DNA from: an uncultured Bdellovibrionales bacterium
GTDB lineage: Bacteria > Bdellovibrionota > JAFGOL01
DNA: 57,301 bases
Direction: 5' to 3'
Assembly: GCA_964452945.1 (NCBI GenBank)
Contig: CAYVOB010000001.1
Location: 1 to 57,301, forward strand
Shown: positions 45,739-54,953 of the stretch, one piece after another
Position numbering within the stretch: the stretch's first letter is position 1
Layout of the letters: each line of letters opens with the position of its first letter
Program-made: the position numbers and the translations under genes
The notes under the pieces: model-generated
The model's database searches: none
Told to the model about the DNA's origin: nothing
What the model saw: the letters and a program-made list of their open reading frames with translations, nothing else

Positions 45739-46041
45739 TTAGTGTTTTAATCCCTTGGACCTGAATGCATCGACTATCTCTTCTATATCTACACTGCTGA
45801 CATCATCACCAGCTTCCTGTCTTTGAGAAAGATAATCGACAGAAAAATCACAAAAATTCTCTATATCTTCATATGGAATACCAAATCTCACCGCTTCTTG
45901 CGTAAAGACTCTTAGCAGAAGGATATGGCTTATCAATGAAGGTATCTCATTCAACTCTATGTCTTCGTCTTCTTGATCAAGATAATTATATGCCCTCAAG
46001 ACATCATTCACTTCCTTTACAACATTTTCAACATCAGACAT
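45739..46041 (-). CDS. small acidic hypothetical protein
   Basis: 100-aa ORF, strongly acidic (DQEDEDIELNE, EAGDDVSSVDIEE). It has no signal peptide and no recognised motif. It sits between murE and the orphan ATPase. Confidence 0.45.
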   Translation of the reverse strand: MSDVENVVKEVNDVLRAYNYLDQEDEDIELNEIPSLISHILLLRVFTQEAVRFGIPYEDIENFCDFSVDYLSQRQEAGDDVSSVDIEEIVDAFRSKGLKH

Positions 46042-46081
46042 TTTAAAGACCCTCCATCAGACGATTATAACCTACTATGTC

Positions 46082-47614
46082 TCACTTATGTATAAAAAGT
46101 CTCGCAACAGACCTGTCGTCAAAATCATGCTTTACACCTTTGATTAGTTGATATGTCTCGTGACCCTTGCCTGCTATAAGGACTACGTCATTTTCCTTGT
46201 TCATTATATTGATGGCTTTTTTTATGGCTTCTTGTCTGTCAGGGATCACCTCGTAAATATTTGGTCTCATACCTGCTGTTATACTCTCTATTATCTTCAA
46301 AGGTTTTTCGTGCCTAGGATTATCTGAAGTAACGATCGCATAATCGCTAAGGTCCGACACTACCTTGCCCATTTTTGGACGTTTTCCTTTATCCCTGTCA
46401 CCACCACAACCAAAAACAGTTATTATCTTTTTCTCAGGGAATATATTCCTCAACGCAGAAAGGACATTGAATAATGCATCATCTGTGTGAGCATAGTCTA
46501 CAAAAATGTTATACCCCTTTTCAACTCTTTCCAGTCTGCCGGGGATGACGATGTCCTTTGACAACGCCTCTTTTACTAACTCGTATTTTATACCGTAGAA
46601 CTTCATTGCCAAGACTATGGACGAAAGAGCATTATAGATATTGTGTTTGCCTATCAAAGAAAGCTCAAAATCATATGCCTTACTGCCATCCCTTACAGTG
46701 AACCTTGAGCCATGGTCGGTGTACTCATGTTCATCTACGTAAACATCTGCTTTTTTGTCAAAACCGTAGGTAAACAGTTTTACACCTGCTACAAGTTTTA
46801 CGAACTCAACAAGCCTTGCTCCATATGGACAGTCGACATTTATTATGGCCACTTTGTCCTTTTTTGTGCTTTTGTTCAATATCTCGGTGAACAACCTCTT
46901 TTTTGTTGTAAAATAGTCTTCCATATCCTTGTGAAATTCCATATGATCCCTTGTAAGGTGAGTGAATATTGCAGCATCAAAATCTATATCGCTGACCCTG
47001 CCAAGAGCTATACCATGAGAGGATACTTCCATGGCGACATGTGTGACCCCGCTTTTTTCCATATCCTTGAGCGCCCTTTGTATATAGAGGGATTTTGGCG
47101 TTGTATATTCTATATCTTTTATCTCTTTACCCGCATATCTATAAAGTATTGTACCTATTACAGCTGGGCTAAAACCAGCCGTCTTGAATATGGTTTCCAA
47201 AAGATATGTTGTTGATGTCTTGCCGTTGGTACCGGTTATACCAATTACACTTAAATCCCTAGATGGATAGGAATAAAAGAAAGCAGAGACCTTTGATACG
47301 GCATCTACAACATCTTTTACTATGATCAATGGCACCTTTTCCTTCATGATCCTGTCAAAGCTATTTTTGTAAGCAGGGTTAGACCCTTTTTTTGCAGCCT
47401 CGTAATAATTACTTGAGGCGACAATGCATACAGCACCTCTATCCAGGGACTCGTCTATAAAAGTGTTACCATCATCCTGTTCGCCCTTGACCGCAAAGAA
47501 CAGCATGCCTTTTTGCACCTGTCTTGAATCATATTCTATATCCCGTATCTCTATATCGGAGATATTTTCCGAACAGAAAACTTTCAATTTTCCAACGATC
47601 TCATTTAATTTCAT
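46082..47614 (-). CDS. murE: UDP-N-acetylmuramoyl-L-alanyl-D-glutamate--2,6-diaminopimelate ligase
   Basis: 510 aa. GITGTNGKTST, and a DNPR motif (TSDNPRHE) that indicates meso-DAP specificity. Confidence 0.9.
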   Translation of the reverse strand: MKLNEIVGKLKVFCSENISDIEIRDIEYDSRQVQKGMLFFAVKGEQDDGNTFIDESLDRGAVCIVASSNYYEAAKKGSNPAYKNSFDRIMKEKVPLIIVKDVVDAVSKVSAFFYSYPSRDLSVIGITGTNGKTSTTYLLETIFKTAGFSPAVIGTILYRYAGKEIKDIEYTTPKSLYIQRALKDMEKSGVTHVAMEVSSHGIALGRVSDIDFDAAIFTHLTRDHMEFHKDMEDYFTTKKRLFTEILNKSTKKDKVAIINVDCPYGARLVEFVKLVAGVKLFTYGFDKKADVYVDEHEYTDHGSRFTVRDGSKAYDFELSLIGKHNIYNALSSIVLAMKFYGIKYELVKEALSKDIVIPGRLERVEKGYNIFVDYAHTDDALFNVLSALRNIFPEKKIITVFGCGGDRDKGKRPKMGKVVSDLSDYAIVTSDNPRHEKPLKIIESITAGMRPNIYEVIPDRQEAIKKAINIMNKENDVVLIAGKGHETYQLIKGVKHDFDDRSVARLFIHK

Positions 47615-47630
47615 AACTTAACCTCTTTCC

Positions 47631-48356
47631 CTACTTTATGACCGTTCCTATCTTGAACGTTTCAGGGTTCGCTATTGATATCACAAGATTGTTCATTCTT
47701 GCTATTGCAATGGAATCCTTGCAGACGACCTTGCAGCCTTTATTAACTATTTCATAAAGCTCATTGTAAGTAAGCTTATCGAATTTAGTTACGTTGTCGT
47801 TAACCTTTGGATCGTCGTCAAATATAGCACCAACATCCTTGAATAATACACATTGCTCTGCCTTAAGTTCAGAAGCCACAACAACGGCGCTTATATCCGA
47901 CCCACCCCTCCCCAACGTTGTAACCTCTCCATCACAGTTCATCCCTTGGTACCCAGGTATTACAGGAACGAAACCTTCATCAAGGAGCTTTCTTATGTTG
48001 GATGCATCAACTTCCTTTACCTTTGCGTTAAAATGTTCAGAATCTGTTTTTATACCTATGTTGGCAAAATTCATGGATTTTGCTTTTATCCCCATGCCGA
48101 CTAGCACCATCGTTAACAAGGCAGCTGATTTTACCTCGCCGGTGAACAACAAATGGTCCAATTCTCTCTTGTAGCCACAACCATCAACTGTTGCAGCAAG
48201 TTCGATCAGCCTATCTGTCTCGTCCCCCATTGCAGATACAACCACAACGACCTGTTTGCCATTATCGAGGCAGTCCTGTACCCTGGTAGCTGCCAGCCTC
48301 ATTTTCTCGACATTGGCTATTGTTTTCCCGCCGAATTTAAGAACGAATATTCCCAT
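47631..48356 (-). CDS. aspartate kinase catalytic domain only (no ACT domains)
   Basis: 241 aa. It is collinear with the LysC N-terminal domain: VLKFGGKTI, VVVVVSAMGDETDRL, TTLGRGGSD, KDVGAIFDDDPK. The ORF stops where the ACT regulatory domains would begin. Confidence 0.75.
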   Translation of the reverse strand: MGIFVLKFGGKTIANVEKMRLAATRVQDCLDNGKQVVVVVSAMGDETDRLIELAATVDGCGYKRELDHLLFTGEVKSAALLTMVLVGMGIKAKSMNFANIGIKTDSEHFNAKVKEVDASNIRKLLDEGFVPVIPGYQGMNCDGEVTTLGRGGSDISAVVVASELKAEQCVLFKDVGAIFDDDPKVNDNVTKFDKLTYNELYEIVNKGCKVVCKDSIAIARMNNLVISIANPETFKIGTVIK

Positions 48357-48360
48357 AAAC

Positions 48361-49503
48361 TTATATCCTATCCAGGCGTTTAAGACCCGTAACTATTTTT
48401 TCCATCGGAGGTGTAGTGGACACCCTAAAGAAACCTTCACCATTCTGACCTAAGCCTATGCCTGGCATCAAAAGTAATTTTTTATCTTCCCATATTTTCC
48501 TTATGTACTGCTCAGACGACGTATATCCCTTTGGAAGCCTAACCCAAACAAAGAATGCAGCATTAGACGGAAAAAAGTCATAATTTTTCTCTCTAAGTAT
48601 CGCATGAGCAGCCTTCATCTTCTCAGAATATTCCTTTGCTACAGAATCTATATAAGATGTCATTTTAAGTGCCAAAGTGCCGGCATATTGAACGGGGACG
48701 AATTGTCCGACATCTATTGCTGATTTAACTTTTCTAACCTGGGCTATCACATCCCTGTTACCAACCATGTAAGCCATTCTCCAACCCACCATGTCAAAGG
48801 TCTTGGATAATGAACCTATTTCCACACAGGAATCTTTTGACCCCTTTATCTGTAGCAAGGTCGGGTGCTTGGAGAAAGAAAGGTCCCTATATACAGCATC
48901 GTAACAACCAACAATATTGTTGTTATTACAAAATTCAACGAATAGTTTAAAATCATCCAAAGAGCAGGACGCACCGGTTGGGTTATGAGGATAGTTTATG
49001 TACATTAACTTGACCTTACCCTTCAGAACTGATTCAAGATCTTTCTTTGTAGGTACATATTTCGTTTCTTCTTTAAGAGGCAGCATTATTGGCGTACCAC
49101 TCGCTAAAAGCACACAATTAACATAGGCAGGAAAAGAAGGATCAGGGATAATAACACCTTCTCCTGGGTCAACACAGGCCTGTGCAATGGCAGAAAGCCC
49201 CTCTTTACCACCCATCAATATCTGGACTTCTGTTTCTGGGTCCAGATCAACATCATATCTATCCTTATAAAAATATGCTACCTCGTTCCTAAACTCTTTT
49301 AATCCCTTTTCGACGGTGTAGATGTGGTTCTCTGGATATTTCAGCCTAAGGTTAAGCTCGTACAAAACCTCTCTTGGAGGTAGTCCTAATGGTAACCCTC
49401 TGCTTAGATCTATTAGATCAGGGTCTCCATTCCTAAGCGAATCAAGTTTTCTGAATATAAGTTCCCTTATTGAATTTACTCTTTTACTGAACGCAAGCTC
49501 CAC
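48361..49503 (-). CDS. class I/II PLP-dependent aminotransferase (context suggests a role in DAP/lysine synthesis)
   Basis: 380 aa. NYPHNPTGA, and SLSKTFDMVGWRMAY with the PLP lysine. Confidence 0.75.
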   Translation of the reverse strand: MELAFSKRVNSIRELIFRKLDSLRNGDPDLIDLSRGLPLGLPPREVLYELNLRLKYPENHIYTVEKGLKEFRNEVAYFYKDRYDVDLDPETEVQILMGGKEGLSAIAQACVDPGEGVIIPDPSFPAYVNCVLLASGTPIMLPLKEETKYVPTKKDLESVLKGKVKLMYINYPHNPTGASCSLDDFKLFVEFCNNNNIVGCYDAVYRDLSFSKHPTLLQIKGSKDSCVEIGSLSKTFDMVGWRMAYMVGNRDVIAQVRKVKSAIDVGQFVPVQYAGTLALKMTSYIDSVAKEYSEKMKAAHAILREKNYDFFPSNAAFFVWVRLPKGYTSSEQYIRKIWEDKKLLLMPGIGLGQNGEGFFRVSTTPPMEKIVTGLKRLDRI

Positions 49504-49538
49504 TTTACACTCCGAAAAATAGACTGTATTTTTGTTTT

Positions 49539-50471
49539 ATGAAAATGACACTGCCCAATATACTAGGAAAAGAGTTTGTTTGCATTAATAAAATAATCAA
49601 AAAATTGCCGGTTCAAAGTATCGGTGACGACTGTGCTGTGCTTGACTTTGGCGGTAAAAAGCTACTGGTAACTGTAGACACTTTTTCTGATAAAGTTCAC
49701 TTCGATAAAAAGTATTTCAGCCTTAAGGAAATAGGACAGAGATGTGCAGAAGCTGCCGTTTCTGACATCGCCGCTATGGGCGGAGAACCATTATACATGG
49801 TGCTTGCTATCGCAACTCCAGAACATGCCCAAATACCTGCTCTCATCGACGGTATAAAAAAGTCTCTTCTAAGACACCGCATAACAATGGTCGGCGGAGA
49901 CACAACATATTCGAGCATACTTTCCTTAAGCATAACTGTATTCGGCTCTTGCAAAAGACCCATAAAAAGGAATGGAGCAAAAATTAACGACGCTATATAT
50001 ATAAGCGGACCTACCGGATTGAGCATGGCTGGGCTATACGCCATTAAAAAAGGTATCAAGAGTTTCAAGATTTTGGAACAGGCCCACAAGAACCCAAAGG
50101 CAAAGATCGCAGAGGGAATAAAAGCCGCAAAACATGCCAACTCAATGATAGATATCAGCGACGGTCTCGTAAGTGAACTATACCACATCTCTCATCAAAG
50201 CGAAGTTTCTATTGAACTCGACAACATACCCATCCACAAAGAGCTCGCACGTTTATGCAAAGTACAAGATCTTGACCCATTAGCTTTTGCGCTCTATGGC
50301 GGAGAAGACTACCAACTACTTATAACCGGCCAGGAAAAACATCTTTCCATGGTAAAAGGTCTTATAAAGATCGGCCGTGTAGTGGGCAAAAGCACGAAGG
50401 CACTCGTATGTCTTAACAAAAATGGCAAAACGACCACATTGAATACTCTAAAAGGATTTAAGCATTTTTAG
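49539..50471 (+). CDS. thiL: thiamine-monophosphate kinase
   Basis: 310 aa. IGDDCAVL, VTVDTFSDKVHF, DISDGL (AIR-synthase-related fold). Confidence 0.85.
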   Translation: MKMTLPNILGKEFVCINKIIKKLPVQSIGDDCAVLDFGGKKLLVTVDTFSDKVHFDKKYFSLKEIGQRCAEAAVSDIAAMGGEPLYMVLAIATPEHAQIPALIDGIKKSLLRHRITMVGGDTTYSSILSLSITVFGSCKRPIKRNGAKINDAIYISGPTGLSMAGLYAIKKGIKSFKILEQAHKNPKAKIAEGIKAAKHANSMIDISDGLVSELYHISHQSEVSIELDNIPIHKELARLCKVQDLDPLAFALYGGEDYQLLITGQEKHLSMVKGLIKIGRVVGKSTKALVCLNKNGKTTTLNTLKGFKHF

Positions 50472-51114
50472 CCGGCGTCCTTGAAACAAGGACTACAGGT
50501 ATACCAACGTTCAATGCCATCTCATTAAAATGTTCCAAGACATCCTGAAAACCATTCTCTGAGGCCTTGGCTATATCAAAGCTAAGTGATTGCAGATCGT
50601 CTATCAAAACTACGTCTATAAGGTTCTTTTCTTTCAACGTATGAACGTTGATCCAGAAATTACTTGATATCTCGCCTTCTGCGACATGAAAATTTGAATT
50701 ATAGATTATGGAACATGCTTTTTCAAAGGCAGCTTGAGCTTCTCCTATGAAGGCACCTTTTTTTACCATGGTTTCATTAACACCACTAAGGGCCATAACC
50801 ATTTTGGCCAAAACTTCTTCTCTAGGAGAGTTAAAACTTATATACAGGATTCCTTTGCCCTGACCTATGATGTCCAATGCAAGAAGGAGCACAGGGTCGT
50901 TCAGGTCTATCGCGCCTTTTGGTGCATCTATAAGCGTCAGTGGTGATTTAACCACAGAACTTGCTACACCGCTGGAAAGCAAACCAAACCCCAGCGTTCT
51001 GACCTTTGAAAAAAGTTTTTTTGTTTTGAAATTATTTAGGTTAAGAACCCCGTTCTCCGACCTAGTTTCAACAACGTGCTCTGCGCGTGGTACAGCCATT
51101 AGTCCCCCCAGCAA
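50458..51114 (-). CDS. DnaB-C-terminal/RecA-like fold protein with a degenerate Walker A
   Basis: 218 aa. By eye it is collinear with the DnaB C-terminal domain (ILYISFNSPREEVLAKMVMALSGVN; VVLIDDLQSL; NVGIPVVLVSRT). The P-loop position reads GQGKG, with no GK(T/S). Confidence 0.4.
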   Translation of the reverse strand: MLGGLMAVPRAEHVVETRSENGVLNLNNFKTKKLFSKVRTLGFGLLSSGVASSVVKSPLTLIDAPKGAIDLNDPVLLLALDIIGQGKGILYISFNSPREEVLAKMVMALSGVNETMVKKGAFIGEAQAAFEKACSIIYNSNFHVAEGEISSNFWINVHTLKEKNLIDVVLIDDLQSLSFDIAKASENGFQDVLEHFNEMALNVGIPVVLVSRTPAKNA

Positions 51115-51152
51115 CTTCCATACGAACTGGAACTTGTATTTTCCGACATCCC

Positions 51153-53030
51153 TTAATTGAAATTATATACTTTTGAATTTTTTTGGAAAGAAATTTTAAT
51201 CTGTTCTTTGCGAAATTTGATCTCTATATTACCGAAACTACCTGTCATCAGAACAGGAAAGCCATATCTATCAGGCCTTACACCGCTTTTAAGTAACTCT
51301 TGAGCCCTTGTACAAAAGCCCAACAAAGGTCTTGAATTAAAAAGCCCTGAAGGGTCATCTTTTGAACTACAATGATGCGGGAACTGGAAAATGGTCCTGG
51401 AAAGGTCATTTAGTGTTATCAAGTCCGGTAACTTTTTTAACAAGCCCACAGGCACATCTGAAGTAAAGATAACCTTATTATCGTTCATGCTCATTATGGA
51501 TACTATAGCAGTATCGTTGCTACAAGCAGTCCTCTTTGTACAAGAAGGATGTAAAAATTCCACTCTCCTATGTTTGTCCAAATTTAACATGCTGTCATTA
51601 CACACAAGATGAACTCTACGTTTAAGGTACAGTCCATCTCTATGTGAATACATACATGGCGAAACCAAGATCTTCTTTACATCAAGACCTGATGAATTGA
51701 TCAAATAATCCAGACCACCGATATGATCTACGTCCTTATGTGACAGTATTAGATAATCTATACTGGAGATCTTTGCTCTACGAAGTTCTTTTAAAGCATT
51801 CTTTACACTGATATCTCCGTACCCAGTATCTATAAGTATATTAAAACCTCCAGTGCTTACAAGGATCAGATCGCCACTTCCATTATAGCGTCTGGGTTTA
51901 GACAAGTTGAACACCTTAATTGTATCTGTATAATTAAGATATCTTAAGTAAACATACGTTGAATAGAAGATCGCTATCGATACAAAAGACACATAAATAA
52001 AAAGAACCTTTTTCCTGTCAAGACCATACTTACGAAACATAATAAAGATTGCGAAGATAAGCACAATATACAGAAGCACCGCTTCCACATTATCCACAAG
52101 TGGAAGATGCATCCTTATCTTTGCGCCAAAAATATCCATAAAAGACAATATGTGAATTAGATACTCGGTTAATTTATCCATTAGAAGGATCGTGGTACCA
52201 AAGAACCCAAATAAAACAGCCTGTACAGGGAAGTAAATAAAAACAAAAATCGGTATTACAATAAAATTAACGAATATAGAGCTAAGATCAAGAACACCTG
52301 AACTATGAAGGTTCAGGGGTATTAGGAAGGCGAATATCATGATGCACACATTAAAATTTTTCTTAGAAGGCGAAATAAAAATGGCAAAGACACATATAAA
52401 TGAATAATAGAACGAATACGAATAGGCCGCACCAGGTGTAACAACAAGGACAATGCTGGCAGCCAAAGCCAGCACAACGAACTTGTTCCTGAACATAATA
52501 AAAATAAAGGATACTGCTGTAAACAACAGCATGATAAACGCTCTCAAACGCGGTACCTCAAAACCAATTGCCAGCATATATGCCAGAACTGCCAACAAGC
52601 CAAACAGCATAGATAACCTAAAATATGGCTGGTAAGAGCTTTTCCTTCTCCATGACCAAATATAGAAGATGGAATTCAAGAATAAATATATAAGCAGGAA
52701 CATGCCGCTTAAATGCAGCCCAGATATACTCAAAAGGTGCCCTGTTCCAGTCCTGTAAAAAAGTGCCATTGCATCACGGTCAATTGATGTTCTTGGTTTA
52801 CATCCTAGAAAAAGTTTTGAATAAATAGAAGGATATAGCGACTCATTACCTGGCTGCTCTAACTGATGATATGAACAAGAACGAGCAGGATATTTAAGTT
52901 GTCCTTTGGCTTGTCCAACAAAAAGCGCATAAATAAAACAAGCCAAAAAAATAATGGTAAAACAAATAGGTCTCATCAATAATTGACATAAGCAAGTCAC
53001 ACGGCAGCCATATAGCCTGTAACTATGCAA
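51153..53030 (-). CDS. comEC: ComEC/Rec2-family DNA internalisation channel with a metallo-beta-lactamase domain
   Basis: Polytopic competence domain (TGTGHLLSISGLHLSGMF) and a C-terminal MBL motif (LILSHKDVDHIGG). The start is uncertain (MRPICFTII is possible). I see no N-terminal OB-like region. Confidence 0.8.
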   Translation of the reverse strand: MHSYRLYGCRVTCLCQLLMRPICFTIIFLACFIYALFVGQAKGQLKYPARSCSYHQLEQPGNESLYPSIYSKLFLGCKPRTSIDRDAMALFYRTGTGHLLSISGLHLSGMFLLIYLFLNSIFYIWSWRRKSSYQPYFRLSMLFGLLAVLAYMLAIGFEVPRLRAFIMLLFTAVSFIFIMFRNKFVVLALAASIVLVVTPGAAYSYSFYYSFICVFAIFISPSKKNFNVCIMIFAFLIPLNLHSSGVLDLSSIFVNFIVIPIFVFIYFPVQAVLFGFFGTTILLMDKLTEYLIHILSFMDIFGAKIRMHLPLVDNVEAVLLYIVLIFAIFIMFRKYGLDRKKVLFIYVSFVSIAIFYSTYVYLRYLNYTDTIKVFNLSKPRRYNGSGDLILVSTGGFNILIDTGYGDISVKNALKELRRAKISSIDYLILSHKDVDHIGGLDYLINSSGLDVKKILVSPCMYSHRDGLYLKRRVHLVCNDSMLNLDKHRRVEFLHPSCTKRTACSNDTAIVSIMSMNDNKVIFTSDVPVGLLKKLPDLITLNDLSRTIFQFPHHCSSKDDPSGLFNSRPLLGFCTRAQELLKSGVRPDRYGFPVLMTGSFGNIEIKFRKEQIKISFQKNSKVYNFN

Positions 53031-53055
53031 TATAAAGTCAGATTATTTATGGATA

Positions 53056-54291
53056 TTACATAGAACGATACATCAATATCTGTGTTTCTTGTGCCTTAAC
53101 AGAGACATCACGCTCTATCTTTTTACCGTACGACAGATCAAACTCTACCTTTTGCTCACCTGCCGGAAGATAGATCCTTAAGACCTGAAAACTTCTTGGC
53201 AACGTTGACCAGCTTCTTAGATCAGGAGTAGCAGCTGCGTTGACCAGAAGCCCAGCCAAAATACCAAGTGAATCGTTCTTAGTGGCTTTTGCAACGCCAT
53301 AACCGATAGCCACCTGAGTCCCTATGCCCAGCAATCGTTTTGCCACTATCCTGCCTGACCTTTCGTCCAGGTTCTTTCTGGCGATTACATCAAGGTCAAG
53401 GACTTCTGATGTAGTGCCCAGTTCATCTCCTTTAAGATCCTTAACAGTAAGATATGTTTTACCGTGGGTCCTGGTATAGAATACCGGCAGCATATTATTG
53501 TTAGGGTTCCTTCTCTTTATAGGTATCTCACCATCAAAATGAATAACAACTATAGAACCAAGTTTCTTGTCCTTTATTGTTTTAAGATACTCCTTAAGAT
53601 CAAGTCCGGGGTGACCAGCTTCTATTTCATTTGCAGCCTGTGTATTACCAGAAAGTCTTGCTGTCCTATAAGCATCAAAGATAACCTGTTTAAAGTCGGG
53701 AGACAACTCAAGAACTTTTTTATAGTCAATAAAAGCATCGCCAAATTTTTTTTGTTTTTCATATATCGTAGCTGATATGTACCATGCGATAGGGACTTCT
53801 TCAAAAGCGTTCATGCCTTTTTGTTTTAATTTATATACAAGATTATTTATCCTTCTGCACTCCACGAGAGCACCTTCATAATCACCAGTAGCGTAATAAG
53901 AAAGAGCAAGATACGTATTTATCATTATCAATTCGTAGTCCAAGGGATAATACATTTTAAAATTATCTGTGGTGATAACGGAAAGGACTTCCTCATTTAT
54001 TTTTGTATAGTCCTTTATCTCTGTAAGTCTTTCTGCTTGGGCAAGGACCTCTATTGCCTCTTTATAATTATGTGCCTCAAAAAGGGCCGAGCCCCTATCT
54101 AATAAAAAAAGTATTTGATCCTTACCTTCCTTTTCAGACTGCTCCTTTAACATATCAGCAGCCTCTTGAAAGTAGCCTCGGTTAAATTTAGAGAAAAAGC
54201 CGCCTTGTTCAGTCATATAGCTAGAACAGGAGGACAAAAGCAGCAGAATAAAAATATGTACGGCAAAAGACGCCGTTCTTTTACATTGCAT
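53056..54291 (-). CDS. TPR-containing lipoprotein
   Basis: 411 aa. Lipobox LLLSSC. TPR-like repeats (YKEAIEVLAQAE, GDYEGALVECRR, KKFGDAFIDYKKVLELSPD). Confidence 0.5.
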   Translation of the reverse strand: MQCKRTASFAVHIFILLLLSSCSSYMTEQGGFFSKFNRGYFQEAADMLKEQSEKEGKDQILFLLDRGSALFEAHNYKEAIEVLAQAERLTEIKDYTKINEEVLSVITTDNFKMYYPLDYELIMINTYLALSYYATGDYEGALVECRRINNLVYKLKQKGMNAFEEVPIAWYISATIYEKQKKFGDAFIDYKKVLELSPDFKQVIFDAYRTARLSGNTQAANEIEAGHPGLDLKEYLKTIKDKKLGSIVVIHFDGEIPIKRRNPNNNMLPVFYTRTHGKTYLTVKDLKGDELGTTSEVLDLDVIARKNLDERSGRIVAKRLLGIGTQVAIGYGVAKATKNDSLGILAGLLVNAAATPDLRSWSTLPRSFQVLRIYLPAGEQKVEFDLSYGKKIERDVSVKAQETQILMYRSM

Positions 54292-54880
54292 AAGAGCGTT
54301 TTTTGAACAGCTTTTTTACTTCCTTTTCGTCGGTCCAGCTTATTATGCCGGTTTTTATGTCTGTGGCTTTAAGTGTTAGCTTGTAATAAACAACCTTTTT
54401 TGCACCAAGCTCCTGCACATTCGATGAAAAATCACCTGACAATATATAATCAGAGCCTATTTGATAACCACGTTCCTTTGCAGTAGTCTTATTAACGTTA
54501 CCGCTCTTATTCTGATAATCATACTCTTCTGACAAAGTTTCCCTTTCACCCTTATCATGGAACTGGACCTTGCCACTCTTGATAAGAGCTGTCCTTATCT
54601 TGTCTGTAAGGGAATTCATATCTATATGTTCGCTAGTGGAATTAACAACTTTTTCTACCTGGAACACAGGTGGGACCTTTGGTGTTGTTACGATCGCGTG
54701 CTTCATTAGTGATTCCACAAGAGCATCTGCCATGATCTTCATGTCAGATTCGTTGTACCTATCATCCAGAAGGATAACCCTATCTGGCTCTGTATACTCT
54801 CCTTTTGTGAAAGCCCTGTTACTGGAGCAAGAAGTGAATAGGAGCAAAGGACAAATAATCGTTAAGGTAACTTTATACAT
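54281..54880 (-). CDS. LpoB/YcfM-like lipoprotein (penicillin-binding-protein-activator family)
   Basis: I set the start at the ATG 54880 (MYKVTL), preceded by GGAGGG. Lipobox LLFTSC. YNESDMKIMADALVESL, NSTSEHIDMNSLTDKIRTALIKSGK and SDYILSGDFSS resemble LpoB/TIGR02722-type proteins as I remember them. Confidence 0.55.
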   Translation of the reverse strand: MYKVTLTIICPLLLFTSCSSNRAFTKGEYTEPDRVILLDDRYNESDMKIMADALVESLMKHAIVTTPKVPPVFQVEKVVNSTSEHIDMNSLTDKIRTALIKSGKVQFHDKGERETLSEEYDYQNKSGNVNKTTAKERGYQIGSDYILSGDFSSNVQELGAKKVVYYKLTLKATDIKTGIISWTDEKEVKKLFKKRSYAM

Positions 54881-54953
54881 ACAACACCCTCCTTTTTTTA
54901 ATAAAGAATAATCCTTTAGCAAAAACACCTAGAGTGTATTACAATTTATCTGC

